Shown here: positions 1 through 8,346 of the stretch, in pieces | Position numbering within the stretch: position 1 is the stretch's first letter | How the letters are laid out: every line of letters begins with the position of its first letter | DNA from: Pseudomonadota bacterium | GTDB lineage: Bacteria; Bdellovibrionota; FAC87; UBA2466 | NCBI GenBank assembly: GCA_043767805.1 | Contig: JAYUGC010000110.1 | Span: forward strand, 1-28,666 | Direction of reading: 5' to 3' | DNA: 28,666 nucleotides | Notes under the pieces: generated by a model | The model's database searches: none | Seen by the model: the letters and a program-made list of their open reading frames with translations, nothing else | Told to the model about the DNA's origin: nothing | Position numbers and translations under genes: made by a program

Positions 1-774
1 GGTAAGTTAGTGGTTGCAGCGGGATTGGCCTCGTCGCTTTCGGTAATGGCAGTGGACTCGGCCGCTCGGCTGGAAGATTTCGCCGGTGAGCCGACGGTGC
101 CCCGGTTGAACACCGCCCTTCTCATGAATGCCAAAGGCGCTCAGAACGAAGCTCTGAAGAAGTTGTTGCTCGAGAAGCCGGCGAACCCCTCCGAGCTCGC
201 CGGGAAAAAGGTCGCGGTGCTCTCAACCGACGGAGTCGAAGAAATCGAGCTTCTCGGAGTGATTCAGTACTTCAGGGAACGGGGCGCGGTGGCCGATCTG
301 GTGTCGCCCCGCCGGCCGGTGTTTCCGGCTCAGTTCGGGGTGCAGTACCCCGAGCAGCGCAAAACGCACATCCTGACCGCGAAGTTCATGGAGCACGCGA
401 GCTGGGTGCGCATCGATAAGTTCATCGACCAGGTGAAGGCGACGAGCTACGACGCGGTCTACATCCCGGGCGGAGCGTGGAACCCGGACTCGCTTAGAAA
501 CGATCCGGCGGCCGTAAAACTAGTCCAAGAGTTTTCCGACGCGGGCCGAATCATCTCGGCGATTTGCCACGGACCCTTGGTGCTCGTATCGGCGGGTCTA
601 CTCAAAGGCCGCACGGCGACTTCTTACTGGGCGGTGCAAATCGACCTTAAGAACGCGGGCGCGACGGTGGAAGACAAGCCGGTCGTCGAAGACGGTAACT
701 TGGTGACCAGTCGTTATCCCTACGACTTGCCCCAGTTCTTGGATACGGTCCGCGCTAAATTGCTCCGTAAGTAA
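1..774 (+). CDS. PfpI/DJ-1 family protein (type 1 glutamine amidotransferase-like protease/deglycase), 5'-truncated by window edge
   Basis: Motifs KKVAVLSTDGVEEIE, YDAVYIPGG, SAICHGP (nucleophile Cys-His) and VVEDGNLVTSR. The frame is open back to base 1 (GGT AAG TTA GTG), so the true start lies upstream. Confidence 0.9.
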   Translation, partial: GKLVVAAGLASSLSVMAVDSAARLEDFAGEPTVPRLNTALLMNAKGAQNEALKKLLLEKPANPSELAGKKVAVLSTDGVEEIELLGVIQYFRERGAVADLVSPRRPVFPAQFGVQYPEQRKTHILTAKFMEHASWVRIDKFIDQVKATSYDAVYIPGGAWNPDSLRNDPAAVKLVQEFSDAGRIISAICHGPLVLVSAGLLKGRTATSYWAVQIDLKNAGATVEDKPVVEDGNLVTSRYPYDLPQFLDTVRAKLLRK

Positions 775-793
775 GCGAACCGACTATTCCCTC

Positions 794-837
794 AGCGGCG
801 TCTCTGCGATGGATATTCGCGGAGGCGCCGCTTTTCT
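794..837 (+). terminator. Intrinsic terminator after the PfpI gene
   Basis: AGCGGCGTCTCTGCGA-tggatat-TCGCGGAGGCGCCGCT stem (with G-U pairs) followed by TTTCT. Confidence 0.7.
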
Positions 838-969
838 CTAGGCTTGGCGCATTGCGTGAGCCTCCGCTCGATTTCCGTTGTTAACAACCGCAACCGCCAG
901 AACTCCGCCTTTACTAAAAACCTCGAACAGACCTGATACGCTTTTCTTCACCAACCGTCAGGAGACTGC

Positions 970-1608
970 ATGACAATCAAACAAATTTTCACCGCTTGCG
1001 CCGTCCTTTACTCTTTTTCGCAATCCGCCATGGCGATGAGTGACTGGGCCATTGATTTTCAGTGCGACACCGCCAAATGGGCTTCGGCCCCCACAATTTC
1101 AGGCGGACTCTTCGACGGTCGAATAGATACCGAATGTAAGTTCAAAGCCAACCAAGGCGGAACCTTCGCACAATTAGAGACCGCGCTGTCTCGCGAAGTG
1201 ATCGAAAAGGCTGAGAAAATTTACTCCGGCCCGGACGCTACGACTTACGACGGCCTCGCGGCGACTCACTTCGACGCCGAGCAGACGCAGAAGCTCGACT
1301 CTCTCCAAGCCAAGGTCCGCGCGGATCTTCATTTCGCGACCGACGGCGTCCGTTTCGTGAGCGCCACCAAGTCAAAAGTGATCACGGCCACCGGAATGGC
1401 GAAGAATTTGAAGTCCATTCTCACCGGCTGCGAGATCAAAGGCGACGGCGCCGGCAATTACACGGCTCATTTCTTTAACCAGGTGCAAATCGCCAAGCCC
1501 ACCCTCGTTCCCACGAGCCTTTTTAAGTCGGAAGTGATGAAGGGCATGGAAGAAAGCGCCGAAGAGCGCACGGACACGCTCCTCACCTTGTACCTCCAGA
1601 CGTTGTAA
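970..1608 (+). CDS. Hypothetical secreted protein
   Basis: AGGAGA RBS at ~960-965, Sec-type signal peptide (MTIKQIF...SAMA), 212 aa, no family recognised. Confidence 0.8.
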   Translation: MTIKQIFTACAVLYSFSQSAMAMSDWAIDFQCDTAKWASAPTISGGLFDGRIDTECKFKANQGGTFAQLETALSREVIEKAEKIYSGPDATTYDGLAATHFDAEQTQKLDSLQAKVRADLHFATDGVRFVSATKSKVITATGMAKNLKSILTGCEIKGDGAGNYTAHFFNQVQIAKPTLVPTSLFKSEVMKGMEESAEERTDTLLTLYLQTL

Positions 1609-1614
1609 GGCAAA

Positions 1615-1652
1615 GCGGGCCGCTCCGGTGTGCAGACCGGAGCGGTCCCCGC
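1615..1652 (+). terminator. GC-rich hairpin, probable terminator
   Basis: GCGGGCCGCTCCGGT-gtgcag-ACCGGAGCGGTCCCCGC just after the stop codon; U-tract is weak. Confidence 0.5.
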
Positions 1653-1695
1653 CTAAATTTGCTCCTTCTCCGGGCCTAGAGTATTAGCTCTCCTT

Positions 1696-2532
1696 ATGCC
1701 GGGCCCAGTGCTTCCTCCGCTTCACTTAGAGTCTTCGGGTGAGACCTCCGTCTCCTCGCTGCTCACTTTGCACGCGGATCTCCTTGCGCTTCCTGCGAGC
1801 GAGCTTTTGAGCCTTGGGGCCGTTTATCTCAATCGCTGCCGCGTGCTCGAAGATGCGCCCATGAGCCTAGGCGACGTCTTGCGCCTCCACCCGAGCCCGC
1901 GGCGCTTTCCCGTGCTCGAAGCCCGCGTGGTTTACGAAAACGACACCTACCTCGTCGTGGATAAACCGGCCGGCCTTCCCGTGCACCCCACTTGCGACAA
2001 TGCCCGGGAAAATCTCATCGCTCAGTTGGAAGCCCGGACAGGGGGCTCGCTTTGGATTTGCCATCGCCTGGACATCGCGACTCAAGGTCTCGTGGTCCTC
2101 TCGAAAACGAAAGCCTTCTGCGCCAAGTTCAATCGCTGGCTCGACGAGCGAAGAGTCAGTAAGCGCTATCGGGCTTTGGTTCCTCGGAAGTTAGAGAAGG
2201 GCGCGCTCACGCATTACATGGCGCCAGGGGACCGCGCGCCCCATTTGGTTTCGACCGAGGCCCGAGACGGTTGGAAAGCCTGCGAGCTGGTTATCGATCA
2301 GGTCGAGGCTCACGGCACTCAGTGGGAAGTGGAAGTGACTTTGGGCACTGGAAGGCATCATCAGATCCGGGCTCAGCTCGCGCTGCTCGCCGCTCCCATC
2401 CTGGGAGACGATCTGTACGGCTCAATGCTCGCGACTCCAAAAGGCATCGGCGAGGGCGAGTGCATCGCGCTTCAGGCCTTTGCTCTCAGTTTTCCCGACG
2501 AGAATGCCTTTGCCTTGTCTCGCCCTTGGTGA
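1696..2532 (+). CDS. RluA-family RNA pseudouridine synthase
   Basis: Motifs VVYEND-YLVVDKPAGLPVHP, HRLD (catalytic Asp), TGRHHQIR and PILGDDLYG. Confidence 0.92.
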   Translation: MPGPVLPPLHLESSGETSVSSLLTLHADLLALPASELLSLGAVYLNRCRVLEDAPMSLGDVLRLHPSPRRFPVLEARVVYENDTYLVVDKPAGLPVHPTCDNARENLIAQLEARTGGSLWICHRLDIATQGLVVLSKTKAFCAKFNRWLDERRVSKRYRALVPRKLEKGALTHYMAPGDRAPHLVSTEARDGWKACELVIDQVEAHGTQWEVEVTLGTGRHHQIRAQLALLAAPILGDDLYGSMLATPKGIGEGECIALQAFALSFPDENAFALSRPW

Positions 2533-2982
2533 CTAACCGAGCTTCGAGAAAAGCTTACGCACGGTCTGCATCCAGGCGTCGACCGTGGTGATCTCGTTGT
2601 TTCTGCCTTTGACCACGATGGAGTCCGCGACGAGGTCATGGACCGCTTGTTTTCGCTTCGTGAAGAAGGCCACCAAAAGACCGATGGCACAAATCCCCGT
2701 GGAACCTAAGAAGAAGAGCTGCCGCAGGAATGCCATCCCGAAGCTCAGGGTCTCTCCCTTGGAGTCGGTAACTTGCAGATCCATCGCTCGTTTGCCGGGC
2801 GTCGCGCGCGCCGGCGAAGCGTGGAATATCGGGTAGTAGAGAAACGTCACTATCGCGGGCCCGAGAAAGGGAAGGCCGGCGTGAAAGGCGCTCATGGGAA
2901 TGAAGAGCACCACGGCGTCGATAATCATGGCAACGAATCGGGACCAGAGGGAAGCGATAGGGACGATAGGGGCGTCATTCAT
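2533..2982 (-). CDS. RDD family membrane protein
   Basis: ASLWSRFVAMIID, ATPGKRAMDLQV and KRKQAVHDLVADSIVV are typical RDD motifs. Confidence 0.9.
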   Translation of the reverse strand: MNDAPIVPIASLWSRFVAMIIDAVVLFIPMSAFHAGLPFLGPAIVTFLYYPIFHASPARATPGKRAMDLQVTDSKGETLSFGMAFLRQLFFLGSTGICAIGLLVAFFTKRKQAVHDLVADSIVVKGRNNEITTVDAWMQTVRKLFSKLG

Positions 2983-3080
2983 GCTCTGTCTTTACCTGAT
3001 AAGCCTGGTTTCGGTCCAGCCTAACCATTGCCCTGGGAAGTTCGGCACCCTAGAATGCGTTTCCATTCAGGGGGAGTTTT

Positions 3081-3273
<193 letters not shown>

Positions 3274-3274
<1 letters not shown>

Positions 3275-3690
3275 TGGGCGCGGCGTTTCTCGGAGGCTTA
3301 CTCATCGGTCTCGCGTCCCTGCTGCTTCTGGCTTACAACGGCCGGGTCTGTGGGATCAGCGGCATCTTGGGCGGTCTGATACGAATGCCGTCTCAAGAAA
3401 ATCGCTGGCAACTCGCGTTCGTGCTGGGTCTCTTCGCGGGCGGGCTTGGGTTCGCCTGGTTCAATCCCGAAGCGCTCAGAAACGAGCTCGTCCGTTCTAC
3501 TTATGCTTTGGTCGCGGCCGGTCTACTCGTCGGCTTCGGCACTCGGTTGGGCGGCGGCTGCACCAGTGGCCACGGCGTCTGTGGCATCGGCCGATTCTCC
3601 GTTCGTTCCGTCGTGGCTACTCTCGTCTTCATGGCGGTGGGAGCCATCGTGGTGTTTGTCGTGCATCGTAGCTTTGGGGGGTTCGTTTGA
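3274..3690 (+). CDS. YeeE/YedE family sulfur-compound transporter subunit (PmpA-like)
   Basis: [11 protein letters not shown] and [28 protein letters not shown] signature; four hydrophobic segments. Confidence 0.92.
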
Positions 3691-4103
3691 TGGAAACGCT
3701 TCTCGCCTTTTTCTGCGGACTGATTTTCGCCATCGGTCTTGGCATTTCGGGCATGACCCAGCCCGCGAAGGTCACGGGCTTTCTGGATTTTACCGGGCAT
3801 TGGGATCCGAGCCTCGCCTTCGTCATGGCGGGAGCGGTGGCCCTTTATGCTTTAGGGTATCGGTTTGTGATGAGATGGCAAAAGCCCATCGTCACCAGTC
3901 AGTTCGATTTGCCCAAGGCCCGGCCCGTGGACTCGAAACTTCTGATCGGGGCCGCACTTTTCGGCGCGGGCTGGGGCCTTGCGGGGTATTGCCCTGGCCC
4001 GGCTTTAGTGTCGCTTGCGACTTTCGACAGCCGTCCGGTGATTTTCGTCGCCGCCATGCTGATCGGGATGGCGCTTCACCGCATTCTATTTGCCCGCAAG
4101 TAG
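3687..4103 (+). CDS. YeeE/YedE family sulfur-compound transporter subunit (PmpB-like)
   Basis: [33 protein letters not shown] and [17 protein letters not shown]. Overlaps the upstream stop (start TTG 3687 or ATG 3690). Confidence 0.92.
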   Translation: MMETLLAFFCGLIFAIGLGISGMTQPAKVTGFLDFTGHWDPSLAFVMAGAVALYALGYRFVMRWQKPIVTSQFDLPKARPVDSKLLIGAALFGAGWGLAGYCPGPALVSLATFDSRPVIFVAAMLIGMALHRILFARK

Positions 4104-4376
4104 CGCGAGCCGGAACGGATGGACTTCGCCCGTGAAGACGCCCTTCTGAATGGCGGGGTCTTTGTCCAGGAATTGGCGGGCGTCCCCTTCCGAGGCCGCC
4201 TCGATGACCGCTATGCCGTACGGTTTGTCTTCTCGCCGGCCCGCCATGAAGAGTTTCCCTTCGTTCAGGGCCTTCTGCAGGTAGGCGAAGTGTTGGCCCA
4301 CGGCCGTTCCTTCATCGGCAGTCATGTCGGTTAACAGTGAGGGACGGCATCCGTGGAGCAGAATCAAGAATTGCAT
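4086..4376 (-). CDS. YciI family protein
   Basis: HFAYLQ...GKLFMAGR...GIAVIEAASE..AR.FL..DPAIQKGVF pattern. Confidence 0.82.
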   Translation of the reverse strand: MQFLILLHGCRPSLLTDMTADEGTAVGQHFAYLQKALNEGKLFMAGRREDKPYGIAVIEAASEGDARQFLDKDPAIQKGVFTGEVHPFRLALLAGK

Positions 4377-4428
4377 AGGATTCCTTGGCGATGGTGTCGG
4401 GTCATAGTTAAATGCCAGAGCGCCTTAA

Positions 4429-4944
4429 ATGAAACTCGCTTTTCTCATCCTTGGCACATTAATTTTTTCAGTCGGCCTTTTGGCGCTGTTTCTGTATTGG
4501 TACGGGCGCCGCTTGCCGCTGCATCATCGTCAATCGGCGAACGCCGATTTGCCGGTTCCGCCCCAAAGAGTGTGGGAAGCCATCACTCGTTACGATGAAA
4601 TGCCGCGTTGGTGGGACGCTGTCAAAACGGTCGAGACTGAATCGCGTAAGGACGGGACGACGGTCACTTGGAACGTGGATAAGCACGGTCAGCGCATTGG
4701 CTTCGTCACCGAGGCGACCGAAGAGCCGCGTCGCCTCGTACGTCGCATTCTCGACGAGGATCTGCCTTTTGGCGGCAGCTGGACTTTCGAGCTCGAGCGT
4801 AAGGGCAACGGCACCAAGCTCACTCTCAGCGAAGACGGTTTCATCCGGCCGCCGCTCTTTCGGGCCATCGCGCATCTTTTCATCGGCATGAGAGCTACGC
4901 TCGAGGATTTTCTCAAAGCTCTGGCGAAGCACCTGGTTCAGTAA
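4429..4944 (+). CDS. SRPBCC (START-like) family protein with N-terminal membrane anchor
   Basis: N-terminal TM, then PPQRVWEAIT...MPRWW, LPFGGSWTFELE and GTKLTLSEDG. Confidence 0.85.
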   Translation: MKLAFLILGTLIFSVGLLALFLYWYGRRLPLHHRQSANADLPVPPQRVWEAITRYDEMPRWWDAVKTVETESRKDGTTVTWNVDKHGQRIGFVTEATEEPRRLVRRILDEDLPFGGSWTFELERKGNGTKLTLSEDGFIRPPLFRAIAHLFIGMRATLEDFLKALAKHLVQ

Positions 4945-5980
4945 GGTTTCCACCGCAGCTCGAGCCGGAGCCCGCCGTACAGCCGTAGCAATGCTGATTA
5001 ATCTCGATGCTTCGGCGGCTCAGGAAATTCCAATCGGCGTCTTTCACATGAACGCCCGCTTCTCCCGGAGCGCGGATGGGCATGCCGAGCATCTGGTTGA
5101 AGTCGCAGTCATAGAGATAGCCGTCCCAGCCGATGGAAACCGTATTGCGGCACATGACTTCTTTTGCCGCGGCAGGGTTGTAGGCGTTGACGAGCTTTTC
5201 CAAGTACGCCTGTAAATTGCCGCTTGCGTGCAGAAAGTCGAGGAAACGGCTGATGGGCATGTTGGTGATGGCGAAGAGATGATTGAAGTGCACGCCGAAA
5301 CGTTCGCCTAACTGCCGTTTAAAGTCCGCTTCGAGTCCCTTTTGCGGAGGGGGAAGGGACGCTCCCAACGGATTGTAGACGAGATCCAAGAGGAGTCCGG
5401 TGCCCTCTTTGCCGTAGCCCACCTCATTGAGTTGTTTCAGAGCTTGAATCGATCGCTCGAAGACTCCCTCTCCTCTTTGGCTGTCGGTATTTTTCTTCTC
5501 GTAGCAAGGGAGCGAGGAGATGACGTGAACCCCGTGCTCTCGGTAAAAGGTCGGCAAGTAGTGATAGCTCGGGTTGGCGGTGAGGATCGTCAGATTGCAG
5601 CGGACGATGACTTTCCGCCCGAGCTTGGAGATTTCCTCCACGAACCAGCGGAAATTCGGATTCATCTCGGGCGCGCCGCCGGTCAGGTCCACGGTCTCGG
5701 CTCCGCTGCGTCGGAGAGCGGCCAAGCAAGCCTCCATGGTCTCGCGGGTCATGATCTCTTTGCGATCGGGACCGGCATCGACGTGGCAGTGCGCGCAAAT
5801 TTGATTGCACATCTTGCCGACATTGACCTGAAAGACTTCAATCTTCGTCGGCCTTAGTGGAAATAGACCCGACTCCGCGATTTTATCTCCGAATCGGGGA
5901 AGTTTTTCCGAAGCGGTTTCCAGCAGCGCGAGTTGTTTTTCCGAGCTGGCGAGCGGATTCGATTTAGAAAGTAGAGACAC
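4913..5980 (-). CDS. arsS: ArsS-family radical SAM protein with C-terminal Cys-rich (DUF3641-type) domain
   Basis: CNQICAHCH (CxxxCxxC), DLTGGAPEMNP, VMCR..SIGWDGYLYDCDFNQML and HCYGCTAGSGSSCGG. The ORF-track start at 6070 overlaps the YkgJ gene; GTG at 5980 is a more plausible but uncertain start. Function in this genome is not established. Confidence 0.88.
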   Translation of the reverse strand: MSLLSKSNPLASSEKQLALLETASEKLPRFGDKIAESGLFPLRPTKIEVFQVNVGKMCNQICAHCHVDAGPDRKEIMTRETMEACLAALRRSGAETVDLTGGAPEMNPNFRWFVEEISKLGRKVIVRCNLTILTANPSYHYLPTFYREHGVHVISSLPCYEKKNTDSQRGEGVFERSIQALKQLNEVGYGKEGTGLLLDLVYNPLGASLPPPQKGLEADFKRQLGERFGVHFNHLFAITNMPISRFLDFLHASGNLQAYLEKLVNAYNPAAAKEVMCRNTVSIGWDGYLYDCDFNQMLGMPIRAPGEAGVHVKDADWNFLSRRSIEINQHCYGCTAGSGSSCGGNLTEPGASPEL

Positions 5981-5991
5981 TAGAGAGGACT

Positions 5992-6258
5992 TTAGAGACG
6001 TTGGGCAGGCTGGGTCAAGCGCTCGAGCTCGTCGATGAGACGCACGGCTTCGGCGGAGGAAGTTCCGCAAACGGCGAGATCGGGGCTGAAGCGGCGGCAG
6101 ACTTCGGGATAATGCGGCGTATTCCAGACGGTACAGCGGTTAGTTTCGTCCAGATTCACGCAACGCACCCCGGCCGCCTTGCCGTGGGGCATGCCGGGAA
6201 GCGGGCTGGAGATGGATGGCGCCGTACAACAGGCGCCGCATCCGGGTCTACAATCCAT
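5992..6258 (-). CDS. YkgJ-family Cys-cluster (Zn/Fe-chelating) protein
   Basis: MDCRPGCGACCTAPSISS...KAAGVRCVNL...C...PEVCRRF...CG. Confidence 0.88.
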   Translation of the reverse strand: MDCRPGCGACCTAPSISSPLPGMPHGKAAGVRCVNLDETNRCTVWNTPHYPEVCRRFSPDLAVCGTSSAEAVRLIDELERLTQPAQRL

Positions 6259-6559
6259 GATGCCGCCCTTGTAACGGATTCGCGCGCTTGATTCCAGGTG
6301 TATTCCCTCGGAGCCGGCTGCTCAGCCCTTGGGCGTTATTTTTTCCAGAATGCGTTAAGTGCTCGGAACTGAGGAGCGAACTCGCCTTCCCAAGTTTTTA
6401 CGGAGTGTTCAATCTCTTCACTCATGGATGAGCTCTGGGCGCGAGGTGCCGTTTTGCGCTGCGCGGGCCGTTCGTTTTGTAGAGCGAATGGCTCGTCGAA
6501 GCTGGCCCCTTCGTTGCAATTCCGATCCCACAGGGTGTTGGGTACGGTCGGAGGTCCGG

Positions 6560-7612
6560 ATGAAGGTCGCATGGGTCCTCACCATACTGGTGATTAGTCT
6601 TTCCGCTTTTGCCGAGCACGGGGATAATTCCGCGAGCGGTCCCGTCCAGAGGCCCAAAGGCAAACCGACCGACGCTGACGCCCACTCCGTCTTTGGAAAC
6701 AAATGTCAGAGCTGTCATGACGGCGACGGCAAGTTCACCGATAAAGATTTACCCTCCGAGGAATGGCGAGACAAAATCCTCAAAGCCCTCAACAGGGAGC
6801 CGGGTGTAAGGCCGATGCCTCCCGCTTCGAAACCTCAGCTTACCGACGACGAAAAGTCCCTCATCAACCGTTGGGCGGGCATCGAACAAGCGGTCCCCCA
6901 GGACGACGTTTGCGCGGGTAAAATCCAGGCGCCGAGCGCCGAGGTCATCAAAGGAATTTTCGCCGATCGTTGCGTGACCTGCCACGGAAAGCTCAGCTTC
7001 AATCCGACGAGTCTTCTCCGTCCGGTTCACGAGCAATTTTTGAGCAACGATGGCACTTTCGACTTATCCATCTTGGGCGACATGAGCGAGATCGAACAAT
7101 CGCAGCTTCCGGCGGGAAAGACCTCCATCCCCCGCATGGTCGATGCGCTGACGGGTTACACCATGCCTCCCCGCGGGAACTTGCCGGTCATCAGCACGCC
7201 GTCCGATAGGCTTTTGCCCAAGGTGGGAACGCCTCACATGACGACCGCGGAGCGGCAGTATCTCGTCAACGTGCTCAATCAGCAGATGCGCCGGGAGAAT
7301 TGTCCCCTCAAGACTTTCACCCCCGTGGCTTTTTTGAAATCTGGAAAGCCCGCGCTCTCGACTTTCGCGAGCGCCAGCAAGGCTTGCGAGGCGCTCGGCA
7401 TGCGGATCCCGACCCGGAAGCAGGTAACGGATAACCGCGAAAAAGTAGAGGACTCGGTGAAATCGGAAGGCTGCGTCTGGACGAGCACCTTCGATGCGGA
7501 TCCGAAACAAGAACGCGCGGTCAGAAAGATTCTCGACTTCGATAAGAGCGGAAAATCTTCGATTAGCTGGGCCACTGAAGGCTACAAATGCCAAACGCTT
7601 TGCGTGAAGTGA
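6560..7612 (+). CDS. Secreted di-heme c-type cytochrome with C-terminal Cys-rich domain
   Basis: GGAGG RBS at 6550 before ATG 6560 (MKVAWVL...AFA signal peptide). CQSCH and CVTCH motifs are each followed by an MPP distal-ligand motif. Confidence 0.82.
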   Translation: MKVAWVLTILVISLSAFAEHGDNSASGPVQRPKGKPTDADAHSVFGNKCQSCHDGDGKFTDKDLPSEEWRDKILKALNREPGVRPMPPASKPQLTDDEKSLINRWAGIEQAVPQDDVCAGKIQAPSAEVIKGIFADRCVTCHGKLSFNPTSLLRPVHEQFLSNDGTFDLSILGDMSEIEQSQLPAGKTSIPRMVDALTGYTMPPRGNLPVISTPSDRLLPKVGTPHMTTAERQYLVNVLNQQMRRENCPLKTFTPVAFLKSGKPALSTFASASKACEALGMRIPTRKQVTDNREKVEDSVKSEGCVWTSTFDADPKQERAVRKILDFDKSGKSSISWATEGYKCQTLCVK

Positions 7613-7716
7613 CAGCCGACTCCTTCGATCCACTCACGGGAATCGAATCATAAACAATTTGGCGAAGTGAACCGACTTGGCGCGCAAAGGTATTCCTTAA
7701 AGGGAAGGAGAACCTT

Positions 7717-8292
7717 ATGAAACTCAACCAAGTCGTCTGGAAGTATGCAATTGTCCTGGGCTGTCTTATCGGAACCTCGGCGTTCGCCGCGGGAAGAGAG
7801 AAGACGCAGCCCCAAACTGTAACGGATGAGAGTTACCGCATGGCGCGTCGGGCTGGGATGTACGTCGCCTACGGAGATCCTTATCCGACGGTGCTGGGAG
7901 TGGGGGTCGCTTATCAGCTCACTGATTTTCTGAGAGCGCAGGCCGGCTTCGGAAAGATCAGCGTGACCAACGGCATCACCATTTCCGCCTCGGGTATCAC
8001 AACGCAGGAATCGAGTGCCACCACGGTCGGTCTGGGGCTGAAAGGAATGGTGCCGGGTTGGAACTTCACGCCGACGGTCGGCCTCCATTTCTCGCATCTG
8101 TCCTACTCGAGCTCGGGAATCTCGGTGGGTGGGTTCACCGAAAGCGGAAGTCATGTCTACACCTCGCTTGGCTTTGACTGGCAGGCGCAGGGGGGATTCA
8201 ACCTCACGGGCGGTTATCAGCTCTCGTTCAAGTCCGGCATCGGCGGCGGCTTGTACCTCGGCGCTGGCTGGTTCGTGGACTGGTTGGGCTGA
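7717..8292 (+). CDS. Small outer-membrane beta-barrel protein (hypothetical)
   Basis: AAGGAG RBS, signal peptide, alternating Gly/aromatic amphipathic strands ending GLYLGAGWF. Confidence 0.72.
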   Translation: MKLNQVVWKYAIVLGCLIGTSAFAAGREKTQPQTVTDESYRMARRAGMYVAYGDPYPTVLGVGVAYQLTDFLRAQAGFGKISVTNGITISASGITTQESSATTVGLGLKGMVPGWNFTPTVGLHFSHLSYSSSGISVGGFTESGSHVYTSLGFDWQAQGGFNLTGGYQLSFKSGIGGGLYLGAGWFVDWLG

Positions 8293-8346
8293 GCCTTAAG
8301 TTCGCCGTTTTACAGCCTGGGGGAGGTGGTGCTAAGTCATCTATGA

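Noticed and set aside
4913..4990. Selenocysteine recoding in ArsS
   Set aside because: The relevant codon is TGC and the frame has no internal TGA.
5981..6070. Extended start of the ArsS ORF
   Set aside because: It overlaps the YkgJ gene and has atypical Arg-rich composition.
6359..6559. N-terminal extension of the cytochrome ORF in the ORF track
   Set aside because: The RBS and signal peptide point to ATG 6560; the extension does not look protein-like.
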